NCBI GenBank assembly: GCA_035566895.1
Contig: DATMQA010000088.1
Location: 1 to 64,000, forward strand
Direction: 5' to 3'
Length of the DNA: 64,000 bases
DNA from: Candidatus Binatia bacterium
GTDB lineage: Bacteria > Verrucomicrobiota > Verrucomicrobiia > Limisphaerales > UBA8199
This document shows, piece after piece, positions 10,374 through 19,057 of the stretch; position 1 is the stretch's first letter, and each line of letters starts with the position of its first letter. The notes under the pieces were generated by a model. It saw only the letters and a program-made list of their open reading frames with translations, searched no databases and had not been told where the DNA came from. A program made the position numbers and the translations under genes.

Positions 10374-10411
10374 TGCTAAGTCCTTTCTCCAGGGAAGTTG
10401 TTCGTCACCGG

Positions 10412-10936
10412 CTAATGCCCGATGGTGGACGGGCCAAAAACCGATGTGATGGTCATCGGCTTTAAAATCGTCATGGTTTCGGTCGAATCGCTGGGTTGCA
10501 CACTGGCATTGAGGGCGATGGTGCCGCCGCTGGCCACGGCGCTCACGCCATTGGCCAGGGTGTTGTAGGGCTGGGAGTAGGTGCCAAAATAGAAGCCGAA
10601 GGGGCTGGAGTAATTGAAATCTACCCACACGGGGCCATAGAAGGTAACCGGGTCCGAAGAGATGCCATTGGCGATAACCCGCAGCGCGAACGTGCCCGGT
10701 GCATTGAAGACATTTGAGGGGATGGTCACCTCAGTGGTGACCATCCGCCCGCCGGTTTGCACGCTGGTAATGCTCCAATTGTAGGTGGTCCCGCAGGAAA
10801 CATTCCCCCCGCCGTCGGTGAAGGTGACAATGGGAAAGTTGCTGTCCATCTGAGCGTCGTCGCGGTAAGCGGCGCCAGAGCTGCAACCTTGTGCACAACT
10901 GCCGATTTTACCGGAGTTTTGCATGGGAGGTTTCAT
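10412..10936 (-). CDS. Hypothetical protein carrying conserved N-terminal 'MKPPMQNSGKIGSCAQGCSSG' leader (no classical signal peptide)
   Basis: ATG start. The first ~60 nt are ~85% identical to the start of the 11439..13811 gene, and the differences are synonymous. Confidence 0.7.
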   Translation of the reverse strand: MKPPMQNSGKIGSCAQGCSSGAAYRDDAQMDSNFPIVTFTDGGGNVSCGTTYNWSITSVQTGGRMVTTEVTIPSNVFNAPGTFALRVIANGISSDPVTFYGPVWVDFNYSSPFGFYFGTYSQPYNTLANGVSAVASGGTIALNASVQPSDSTETMTILKPMTITSVFGPSTIGH

Positions 10937-10976
10937 TGTTTGTTTGCCTTTCTCTTGGACGGTGCTCCGCTATTCC

Positions 10977-11426
10977 TCACGGGTTCATCAGCCGGAAAAA
11001 CCATTTGCCCGCTGGTTGAGTGAGGGTCAGATAATTCGTTCCGTTGCTGTTGGTGACGCCGCTGCTGGCCGACCAGCCGGCGGCTGCGGTAACGCTGCTG
11101 TTCTGCTGCAAGCTCCAGCTCGCAACGGCTTGCCAGTAGACCGTCACCGAATTGGTGCCTCGGCTGATGTAAAGGAGCGGCGCGCCCGGCGTTTGCACCG
11201 GCGCAATCAACGCCCAAAATCCGCCCGTGACTGAATAAGAGCCACCGGTCATCGGCCCGCCGGCATCGTGTTGGCCGATGGTGCCGCTGACCGCGTACGT
11301 TCCGCCGGTGCTGTTCATGCCACCGCCACCGGAGACTTTGTACCAGTCAATGCTGTAGCTTTGGGCGGTCGCGCGAAGGCACAGGGTAAAAGGCAAAAGG
11401 CACAAAAGAATGAGTTTGTATTTCAT
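10977..11426 (-). CDS. Small secreted protein ('SIDWYKVSGGGG...' N-domain plus shared C-terminal '...WFFRLMNP' domain)
   Basis: Signal peptide MKYKLILLCLLPFTLCLRATAQS. 12-bp gap to the upstream gene. Confidence 0.75.
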   Translation of the reverse strand: MKYKLILLCLLPFTLCLRATAQSYSIDWYKVSGGGGMNSTGGTYAVSGTIGQHDAGGPMTGGSYSVTGGFWALIAPVQTPGAPLLYISRGTNSVTVYWQAVASWSLQQNSSVTAAAGWSASSGVTNSNGTNYLTLTQPAGKWFFRLMNP

Positions 11427-11438
11427 GGTTATGCTCCT

Positions 11439-13811
11439 TCAATTTGACTTTTGGTTGCGAATGATGTTTTCCAGTGATACGAGTCGTTGTTGCAACGCCG
11501 CGTTTTCCGCGTCGCGGCGTTTCAATTCCTCCCTGAGCCTGGTGTTTTCGGAATCCACTTTCTGGTTCAACCCCTGAATCGCCGCCAGCGCTACACCTTC
11601 CTCGTCCACCGTGGCAATATGTTTATCGTCCAGGCCGACATTGAACGCCGCATAAAAGTCCTGCGCCATCGGGCCGAGATGGGGTGTGGCCAAATCGTTG
11701 GTATAATGCCAGCGCGTGATGGGCATCGCGGCCACCCGCTCCAAAACGGTCTTCGTATCCACCGGCTCGAACCCCGCCTTGACGTTCCGATCGCTGCTGC
11801 TGACAAAGGTGCCGCGCACCGTCAGGCCGGCACTGTCCAATAACAGCATGGTTGCGCCGATGGACCCGCTGTAGATGACAAAATTCGTCGTGGTCGCCCC
11901 CACATCCCATCGTTTGTTTGCATTCCCTCCAACCGTAAAGCGCAGTCGCGAAAAATCCGACGCGGTTTGCTGATCCAATTGCGCCTGTGGGAAGGAGTTG
12001 CCGCCGCTGCTGGTGACGTGCAGTTGCGCCTGCGGGTGATTCGTACCAATGCCGACACCGCCGCCGGCGTAAACCAGGAACTGGTTGGGTGCGCTCGAAC
12101 TGAAAGGGTACACTTCGCCATCCGACCAGATAAAGCAATCGTCATTCAGAGCCTGAGCGCCATTACCTGCCGCAAAGGAAGCAGCACCTTTGGCAACATT
12201 ACCCGCGCCGCCTGGCACCACCGCAGAAGCGCCGCTGGCAGTGTTGCCGTAGCCGCCGCCCACGGTCCCCTGTTGGCTGCTGGCGGTATTGTTATAGCCG
12301 CCGCTGACTGTCGAGTAATCCCCGCTGGCGGTGTTTTGGGTGCCCCCTCCCACCGTCGAGTAGCCGTAGCCCGTTCCGCTGGCCGTGTTGTAACTCCCCC
12401 CGCCCACGGTCGAGAAGCCAGAGGTTGGGATGCTGGAAGTGTTGTAGTAGCCTCCGGCCACGGTAGAGGCTTGGCCAATGGCGGCGTTGTGGTATCCACC
12501 GGCGACAGTTGCCATCACACCACTAGCGGTATTTTGAGCGCCACCGCCCACCGTGGTGTCATTGAGCGAGGCGGTGTTGCCAAACCCGCCCGCTACCGTC
12601 GCGTAGCTGAAACTGGCGGTGTTGCCGTAGCCTCCTCCCACCGTGGTGAAGCCGTAATGCCCCCCGCTGGCGGTGTTGCCAAGGCCGCCGCTAACCACAG
12701 ATGCATCGCCGCTGGCTACGTTCCCGGCGAAAATCCCGGCGCCATAACCGCCACCCCCGACGAACGAGCCGGAGCCGGTCGCAGAGTTCGAAACCCCGCC
12801 GCCCACCGTCGAATAACCGAGCAATGGCGTCGTGTAATAGTTATCCGAGCCGCTGGCAAGGTTGCCGGAGCCGCCGCCCACCGTCCCAAAGTCCGCGACT
12901 ACACTGTTGGTGCCGGGGCTGCCGAAATAATTGTTGGCACCGCCGCCGGCAATAGTCGCGCCATACACGCCCGCACCTACGGAATTGACCGCGGCACCAC
13001 CCGCCACGTTGACGATGCCTGAGTGGTTTGCATCATTGGCCGTCGGCTCCAGCCGCAAGGCACGGGTGCCGTTGATGTGCAATTCCAACGGTTGATAGTC
13101 CGTCGTGCCGACAAAGTTGCCATTGGTTGCGCTGGTGCCGGCGTTGCCGGCAATTTGCCAGGCGTTGCCCAACGCCGCCGCCGGCACGGTTCCGGTCGTC
13201 AATTGCGACGCGTTCAAGCCGGTCAACCCGCCGCCGTTGCCATTGAAACTGTCGCCTGGATTGGTCAGGTTGACCGCGCCGCCGTAGGTGCCACTGAGGC
13301 TCGCCGCCGGAATGGTCCCGCTTAGTCCCGCCGCGCTGGCGCCTTCGGCGAAAATGGCATAAGGCGTCGGCGTCAACTGCTGGCGCGGACTCAAGACCTT
13401 GAACGCTCCGACGTTGTTGGTCCGGACGGCGATTTGCAGCCAATAGGTGGTGCCGTCAAACACGCCGCCATAATCCAGCGTGATGGTAAACAGGCCGTTG
13501 CTCACCGCCACGGCCGCATTGGTAATCGGCCCGGCAAAAACAGTGCTGCCGGTACTAGTGAGATAAAGGCCAACGCGAATGTCGTAAAGGCCGTTGGCGG
13601 GATTGCCGCCGTCGTTTAGCTCGCCTTGATAGGTGAACGCAGTGCCCTGGGCTCGGACGGTTGAGGGTTGGCCAAAGAGCGTTGAGATTAACGCCACCGC
13701 CAGGACCGCACAGCGGGGAACGCCGCCGAACCGCCCGCCAGAGCTGCAACATTGCGCACCACCGCCGATTTTACCTGAATTTTGCATGGGAGTAACAACC
13801 ATGGGTTTCAT
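11439..13811 (-). CDS. Large secreted fibre/adhesin-like protein: conserved 'MKPMVVTPMQNSGKIGGGAQCCSSG' leader plus signal-like h-region, ~20 YadA-head-like Gly-rich repeats, C-terminal intramolecular chaperone (S74-like) domain
   Basis: Start placed at the internal ATG 13811. Repeats 'STVGGGxxNTASG'. C-terminus 'SDRNVKAGFEPVD...HLGPMAQDFYAAFNVGLDDKHIATVDEEGVALAAIQGLNQKV' followed by a coiled coil. Confidence 0.8.
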   Translation of the reverse strand: MKPMVVTPMQNSGKIGGGAQCCSSGGRFGGVPRCAVLAVALISTLFGQPSTVRAQGTAFTYQGELNDGGNPANGLYDIRVGLYLTSTGSTVFAGPITNAAVAVSNGLFTITLDYGGVFDGTTYWLQIAVRTNNVGAFKVLSPRQQLTPTPYAIFAEGASAAGLSGTIPAASLSGTYGGAVNLTNPGDSFNGNGGGLTGLNASQLTTGTVPAAALGNAWQIAGNAGTSATNGNFVGTTDYQPLELHINGTRALRLEPTANDANHSGIVNVAGGAAVNSVGAGVYGATIAGGGANNYFGSPGTNSVVADFGTVGGGSGNLASGSDNYYTTPLLGYSTVGGGVSNSATGSGSFVGGGGYGAGIFAGNVASGDASVVSGGLGNTASGGHYGFTTVGGGYGNTASFSYATVAGGFGNTASLNDTTVGGGAQNTASGVMATVAGGYHNAAIGQASTVAGGYYNTSSIPTSGFSTVGGGSYNTASGTGYGYSTVGGGTQNTASGDYSTVSGGYNNTASSQQGTVGGGYGNTASGASAVVPGGAGNVAKGAASFAAGNGAQALNDDCFIWSDGEVYPFSSSAPNQFLVYAGGGVGIGTNHPQAQLHVTSSGGNSFPQAQLDQQTASDFSRLRFTVGGNANKRWDVGATTTNFVIYSGSIGATMLLLDSAGLTVRGTFVSSSDRNVKAGFEPVDTKTVLERVAAMPITRWHYTNDLATPHLGPMAQDFYAAFNVGLDDKHIATVDEEGVALAAIQGLNQKVDSENTRLREELKRRDAENAALQQRLVSLENIIRNQKSN

Positions 13812-13964
13812 AGCGTTCACTCTGTCCTCAGTGCGTTGTTTCGCGGGAAAAAATATCAGCCCTCGGAAGTATTTTTGGAGGTTGAAACCAGGCCCCCTGG
13901 TATTGCCGCCCCGAAGGCGAACTCTCATCAACACCGTGGCTTCTCCGCGCTGCGGAATTCCGTG

Positions 13965-16900
13965 CTACGGCTCTGCGGTGATGGCCACGAGGAAGGGCTG
14001 GCCTCGAGTCGGTTTGTCCGACACAAAGTCGAACTGGCGTATGGGCACGTTTGGGAAGGGGTTTTCCCAGATAGTTTTGAACAGGCGGATGGCGTGGCCA
14101 CCGCGCCGGGCTGCTGGATTACTGCCGGCCCAGGCCAGGACGAAGCTCATGGGTTGCTCGTTGGGTTGAGTCCACCAATCGGCCATGTCTTTGCCGGTGA
14201 CGATCGGCAGTTCGACCTGGCGGCCATCGGCATAATGGAAGATGTAACTGCCAAGTTCGTCACCCGGACGGGCGCCGGCAGCGAGGATAGCGGCGTGCAG
14301 GAAATGCAGGTGCCGGCACTGCCGGCGGATCGGAATGTCCAGCACGTGGCTGGGATATGCCAGGCCGTTGGGGGCGCTCACCCCGATCTGGATCAGGCCG
14401 CGAACATCAAACTCAACCCCGCCGAATTTCTGCACGCCTCGCCGTAGTTCAGACAAGTTATTTTCCGCCGCTTTTGCGCTATGCCAGCTCTCGGTCAGCG
14501 GCGCGTTGTAATAGTCGGTCAGGTCGATCAAATTTGCGGCGGTGTCTGGGTCGCGGGGCGGAATGGTTTGTGCCAGTTCTTCCTTGCTGAAGGGACCTGC
14601 ATCCAGTTGCAGTACTGCCGGCCCGGTGGGCGGAGCATCGTCGGCGGCAGGAAACGGCGGGAGGCCCCAGTCCAGGTTCAACTTCATGAGTTCTTCCCCA
14701 ATGAAGCGCAAATCCCAAACATCGACCTGGCCGCTCCACTCGAAGGCGGCGAGCTTGGCGCCATCGGGACTGAAGCTGAGGCAACCGACGTGCGCGACCG
14801 TGGGCACTCGCAAAGTGGCCACCGGCTCACAGGTTGGGACCTTGAGAAGTTGAATCTCATAGGTCGCATGAACTGCCGCGAGCAGGCGGCCATCGGGGCT
14901 GAACGCCAGCGGATTGATTTCGGAGACCCGGTCGCCAGCCACGGATTGCGGCGAGGCTTCCCACGAGCCGGTTCTCCAAAGCTTCAACACAGTCATGTCG
15001 GCGGCGGCCAGCCAATGGCCATCAGGACTGAAGGCAACAAAAGCTGTGCCCCTGGCGGGCAGGCTGCGGATGAGTTGGCCGGTCGATACGTCGTACACCT
15101 TGACGCCTGTGCCCTTCCAGGTGCCGGTGGCAGCCCAGCGGCCGCCGGGATCAAAGGCGACGAATTGAGCGCCCGGATGGCCGCGCAGCTTGAGTATATT
15201 GGTCGGATTGTCCAAGTCCAACAGCAGTGGCTCATCCGTAACTTCCCTCGAAGCGAGGATCTTTTTGCCGTCGCGATCCAGCGCTGAGTAGCGAAACAGT
15301 TGATGGGCCATCAGGATTTGCGGGGCTCCGACGCGGAGGAACGAGCCGCGGGCCGTGGACTGGACCTCAAGGGGCCACCGGTAAAGGCCATCCGAAGTGC
15401 TCCCCAGAATGCCCAGCCCGCCATAGGTTTGAAAATGCGCCGAGCGGCAGGTGGCGGTGGGGATCAGACCGATTTGCTTGCCGGCGATCAGATCCCAGAA
15501 CCCTATCCCGCTGACCGTGCTGACGGCCACGAGGCGCCCATCTGGAGAGAAGTCCGCGCTCCACGGCCTGGGAGTTTCCGCAGGGCCAACGAGCCGCCGA
15601 TAACCGGTGCTATGAGCCACTTCGAGCAGCTTCGTGGTTTCACCTTCAACTGCGCACGCCAGTGTCCGGTCATCCGGACTGAAATGGAGTTCCGCGTCTT
15701 GGCTCTCGTACTCCACCAATTGCCGGCCCCTCGCGACATCCCACAGGCGCAGCGTATTGTCCCAACTCCCGCTGGCCAGCAAGTCGCCCTGCTGCGAAAA
15801 GGCTAGGGCCGTCAACCGCGCCTCATGGCCTGCCAGGCGAGCCTGCAGGCGCCCGGTCTGCGCCTCCCAAACCTCAATCTGGCCATCGAGTCGGCCGGTT
15901 GCCAGCAGAGCCCCATCGTGGCTCCAGGCCAGGAAACTCAGCTTGCCTGGCGATAGCAGGCTGGTGATGAGCTGGCCAGAGGCCAACTCCCAGATCCGCA
16001 CCGTCGAGCCGCCAAACTCCAGACCCGCCAGCCGCGTGCCGTCGGGGCTGACCCGCAGCAGACCGAGCTTGCCCTCGACGCGTAACCGCTTCAGGTCTTT
16101 CCCCGACTCAATCTCCTTAACCGAGACAGTGTCATCCGGATTGATGACCAATATCTCCTGGCCGTCGGGACTGAAATCCGGGTAGGCGCTACTGGCGAGG
16201 TCGAGCGCCAAGGCACCGCGACGGGTGAGGTCCCAAACCCGGCAACGCCACCCTCCGTTGGTGGTCAGGCAGGAAGCGGCCAGATAGCGACTGCGGGGGT
16301 CAAACCGGCGGACGATGAGCCCATTGGCAATATCACTGACGTCTTTCACGGGCAGGAAGTTTACCTCCTGGTCGTCCGCGACGCGCCGCACACTGAAGCC
16401 GGAGAGAGTTCGGTAAGCGTACAATTCGAAGGCGGTATCGAAGCACACGTTTTGAGCAGCCCAATGCGAAGGAAACCGCCAGCGCTTTTCTTCGCGCAAA
16501 TCCGGCAAGCCGAAGGCCGCGACGGCCGCCTCACTCAGGTCGGTCGAACGGTGAATCACTGCTGCCTTGCTGAGCGCTTCGAGACTTTCGAAACGTTGGC
16601 CGGCACGGCCGCTGAACTGCTTGGCGCGCGCTTCGCCCAGCAGAGCGTTGTAAAGGTGCTCTTCGGCTGCCGCCCGCTGTTTGGCTTCGCCGGTTCGAGC
16701 TCGCTCGGCCTCCTCACGCAGGCGGCCTTGTGCTCGCTCGGCCCGCCGCGCCCGGATCGCCTCCCAAGTACTCCCCGTCGTTCCCAGGACCAGCGCCAGG
16801 ACCACGGCGCCGGCGGCCGCAAAAGCAAGTTTGTTCCGGCGAACAAGTTTCTGGAATCGATACAGGTTGCTTGGGGGGCGGGCCACCACGGGTTCACTCT

Positions 16901-18188
16901 TCAAATGCCGCTGCAGGTCCATGGCCAGACCATTGGCGGTTTCATAACGCCGCGTCCGGTCCTTTTCCAGGCACTTCATCACGATCCAGTCCAGGTCCCC
17001 GCGGAGAACATTGATCAGCTCCTTCTTCTCGAGCAGCCGACGCGAGGACGCTCCACTCACCTCGGCTGTTTGGTTTTCGTTCTGTGGCCAGCCCCTCCCT
17101 AATCGGGCGGGCGTCTCGCCCGCGGAGGACTGCAGGCCAGAGGCCGGCGCCACTGATGCAGCGCTTAAGCCATTGGGCTCCGGCTTTGGACCGCGCTTTT
17201 CCCGCTTCGCGGGTTCCGCCCGTGCAAGTTCCAGGGTAAGCCGGGTGGAAGGGCGGAGCGGTTCTTTCTCTCGTATCGTTCGTCGCATCTCATCCAGCCC
17301 GGCCGACAAGAGTTCTTTCGCGTCAAACGGGGTCGTGCCGGTGAGTAATTCGTAGAGCAACACTCCGAGCGAGTAGATATCGGTACGGGTATCCACGTCC
17401 AGTCCCCTCAGTTCGGCCTGTTCCGGGCTCATATAGGCCGGAGTCCCGACGAACTGCTCGAACGACGTGAAGAGTGTTTGATCCGTCAATCGCCCCTCCG
17501 TGGCCTTGGCAATCCCAAAATCGATCACCTTGGGCATGGGCAGGCCGTCGTGAGCGGTCACCAGGACATTCGAGGGCTTGATATCGCGATGAATGATGCC
17601 TTTTTGGTGGGCATGCTGAATCGCCCGGCAGGCCTGCATGAACAGGTGAATCCGTTCCGCGGTCGAAAGATCATTCTCCTCGCAATAGTCGGTTATCTTG
17701 ACCCCCCGCACCAGTTCCATGACAAAGTAAGGCCGTCCGGTGTGGGTCGTGCCGGCGTCGAGAACCTTGGCGATGTTCGGATGGTCCATCAGGGCCAGCG
17801 CTTGGCGTTCCGCTTCGAACCTGGCTACCACCTTCTTGGTGTCCATGCCCAGCTTGATGACCTTGAGCGCCACCCGGCGACGCACAGGCTGCTCCTGTTC
17901 GGCCATATAAACCACACCACAGCCGCCTTCGCCAATTTGCTGGAGCAGTTTGTAATGGCCGATGCGGTCACCTGGCTTTTCTGCAATCAGGCCCCCGACC
18001 GCTTCCTGGCGAGGTTGTTCGGGCAGAATACCTTCACCTGTCTCATGGGCCTGGAGCAAGGCGCGCACGCGCGCCAGCAGGGCGGAGTCCTGGCCGCAAG
18101 CTCCCACCAGAAAGGCCGCGCGTTCATCGGGGCGAAACTCGATGGCCCGACTGAACAGGGCTTCCAGCCGCTCGATATTCGTACTCAT
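13965..18188 (-). CDS. Ser/Thr protein kinase with transmembrane segment and C-terminal WD40 beta-propeller repeats
   Basis: Start at ATG 18188 (MSTNIERLEALF). Kinase motifs HRDIKPSNVLV, DFGIAK, GTPAYMSPE. TM helix LAFAAAGAVVLALVLG. More than 10 WD40-like repeats (LASGSWDNTLRLWD, ...). Lies immediately downstream of an ECF sigma gene. Confidence 0.9.
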   Translation of the reverse strand: MSTNIERLEALFSRAIEFRPDERAAFLVGACGQDSALLARVRALLQAHETGEGILPEQPRQEAVGGLIAEKPGDRIGHYKLLQQIGEGGCGVVYMAEQEQPVRRRVALKVIKLGMDTKKVVARFEAERQALALMDHPNIAKVLDAGTTHTGRPYFVMELVRGVKITDYCEENDLSTAERIHLFMQACRAIQHAHQKGIIHRDIKPSNVLVTAHDGLPMPKVIDFGIAKATEGRLTDQTLFTSFEQFVGTPAYMSPEQAELRGLDVDTRTDIYSLGVLLYELLTGTTPFDAKELLSAGLDEMRRTIREKEPLRPSTRLTLELARAEPAKREKRGPKPEPNGLSAASVAPASGLQSSAGETPARLGRGWPQNENQTAEVSGASSRRLLEKKELINVLRGDLDWIVMKCLEKDRTRRYETANGLAMDLQRHLKSEPVVARPPSNLYRFQKLVRRNKLAFAAAGAVVLALVLGTTGSTWEAIRARRAERAQGRLREEAERARTGEAKQRAAAEEHLYNALLGEARAKQFSGRAGQRFESLEALSKAAVIHRSTDLSEAAVAAFGLPDLREEKRWRFPSHWAAQNVCFDTAFELYAYRTLSGFSVRRVADDQEVNFLPVKDVSDIANGLIVRRFDPRSRYLAASCLTTNGGWRCRVWDLTRRGALALDLASSAYPDFSPDGQEILVINPDDTVSVKEIESGKDLKRLRVEGKLGLLRVSPDGTRLAGLEFGGSTVRIWELASGQLITSLLSPGKLSFLAWSHDGALLATGRLDGQIEVWEAQTGRLQARLAGHEARLTALAFSQQGDLLASGSWDNTLRLWDVARGRQLVEYESQDAELHFSPDDRTLACAVEGETTKLLEVAHSTGYRRLVGPAETPRPWSADFSPDGRLVAVSTVSGIGFWDLIAGKQIGLIPTATCRSAHFQTYGGLGILGSTSDGLYRWPLEVQSTARGSFLRVGAPQILMAHQLFRYSALDRDGKKILASREVTDEPLLLDLDNPTNILKLRGHPGAQFVAFDPGGRWAATGTWKGTGVKVYDVSTGQLIRSLPARGTAFVAFSPDGHWLAAADMTVLKLWRTGSWEASPQSVAGDRVSEINPLAFSPDGRLLAAVHATYEIQLLKVPTCEPVATLRVPTVAHVGCLSFSPDGAKLAAFEWSGQVDVWDLRFIGEELMKLNLDWGLPPFPAADDAPPTGPAVLQLDAGPFSKEELAQTIPPRDPDTAANLIDLTDYYNAPLTESWHSAKAAENNLSELRRGVQKFGGVEFDVRGLIQIGVSAPNGLAYPSHVLDIPIRRQCRHLHFLHAAILAAGARPGDELGSYIFHYADGRQVELPIVTGKDMADWWTQPNEQPMSFVLAWAGSNPAARRGGHAIRLFKTIWENPFPNVPIRQFDFVSDKPTRGQPFLVAITAEP

Positions 18189-18278
18189 TGCTCGCTCGCC
18201 GCTCTCGTGGAGTAGTGCGCTTTTGAGAAGCAAAACGTCTCAGCCGAACCGCAAAAAACCTGTCCGCCCGCGAGAAAT

Positions 18279-18848
18279 TCAGCCACCGGTCTGCAATTCT
18301 GCCATCAGCCAGGCCCGGGCGAAGGCCCAATGCCGATTTGCCGTCGCCGGGGCAATCCCCAGAGCCTCAGCGGCTTCGGCAATGCTCAGGCCGGTGAAAA
18401 AGCGCAGCTTGACCAGTTGGGCCCGCTGCGGAGCTTCGGCCTCCAGCTTCTCCAACGCCTCGTTGACCCGCAGCAGCAGGTCGTCATCGGTGGTGATGGC
18501 GACGTCTAACTGGCTTAGATCAATCCGGACCAGGCCATGGCCGTGGCGCTCCCGGTGGCGCTTGCGAGCGCGGTCGATGAGGATGCGTCGCATGGCCTCG
18601 GCGGCGGCGCCAAAGAAATGGCCTCGGCCATTCCAATGTTCGTTGCCCGAGCCAACCAGCCGGAGCCACGCCTCGTGGACCAATGCTGTCGGCTGCAGGG
18701 TCTGGCCGGGAGCCTCCTGGGCCAGCTTCGCCGCCGCCAAGTGGCGGAGCTCCTTGTAAACCAACGGCAGCAACCTCTCCGCCGCCCGCTCATCGCCGGC
18801 GCCGGCAGCCTCAAGGACTTGTGTAACTTTTTCCGGAGCGGAGTCCAT
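18279..18848 (-). CDS. ECF-type RNA polymerase sigma factor (STK-associated)
   Basis: 189 aa. Region 2 'LLPLVYKELRHLAAAKL', region 4 'LVKLRFFTGLSIAEAAEALGIAPATANRHWAFARAWL'. 90 bp upstream of the kinase gene on the same strand. Confidence 0.9.
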   Translation of the reverse strand: MDSAPEKVTQVLEAAGAGDERAAERLLPLVYKELRHLAAAKLAQEAPGQTLQPTALVHEAWLRLVGSGNEHWNGRGHFFGAAAEAMRRILIDRARKRHRERHGHGLVRIDLSQLDVAITTDDDLLLRVNEALEKLEAEAPQRAQLVKLRFFTGLSIAEAAEALGIAPATANRHWAFARAWLMAELQTGG

Positions 18849-19057
18849 GCATAGTTCACCAACGGTTGACGGCTACTCAACGCCAGGGAACACTAATACA
18901 AATATTAGGACACAACCCGTTAGAACACAACCCTTTCGGCGGCAGAAACCTCGGCGCGCATGTCTGATTTTTGAGCTTGCCGACGGCGTAACGCGGATTT
19001 GCATTGGCGTGCTCTGGAGGCTGCGCGAGTGAAGCGCCGGAGGTCAACGCGGTTAAG

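Noticed and set aside
11967-13022. 351-aa + strand ORF (and several others: 11623..12138, 12146..12499, 13033..13443) inside the large fibre gene
   Set aside because: Alternate or antisense frames of the Gly-rich repeat region. Ala/Arg/Gly-rich with no motifs. The minus-strand frame carries the repeat logic and the S74 domain.
7131-13934. Prophage origin of the fibre cluster
   Set aside because: No integrase, terminase, capsid, portal, sheath, tube or lysis genes anywhere in the window, and no adjacent tRNA att site. The genes carry bacterial signal peptides and a shared bacterial-type C-terminal domain.
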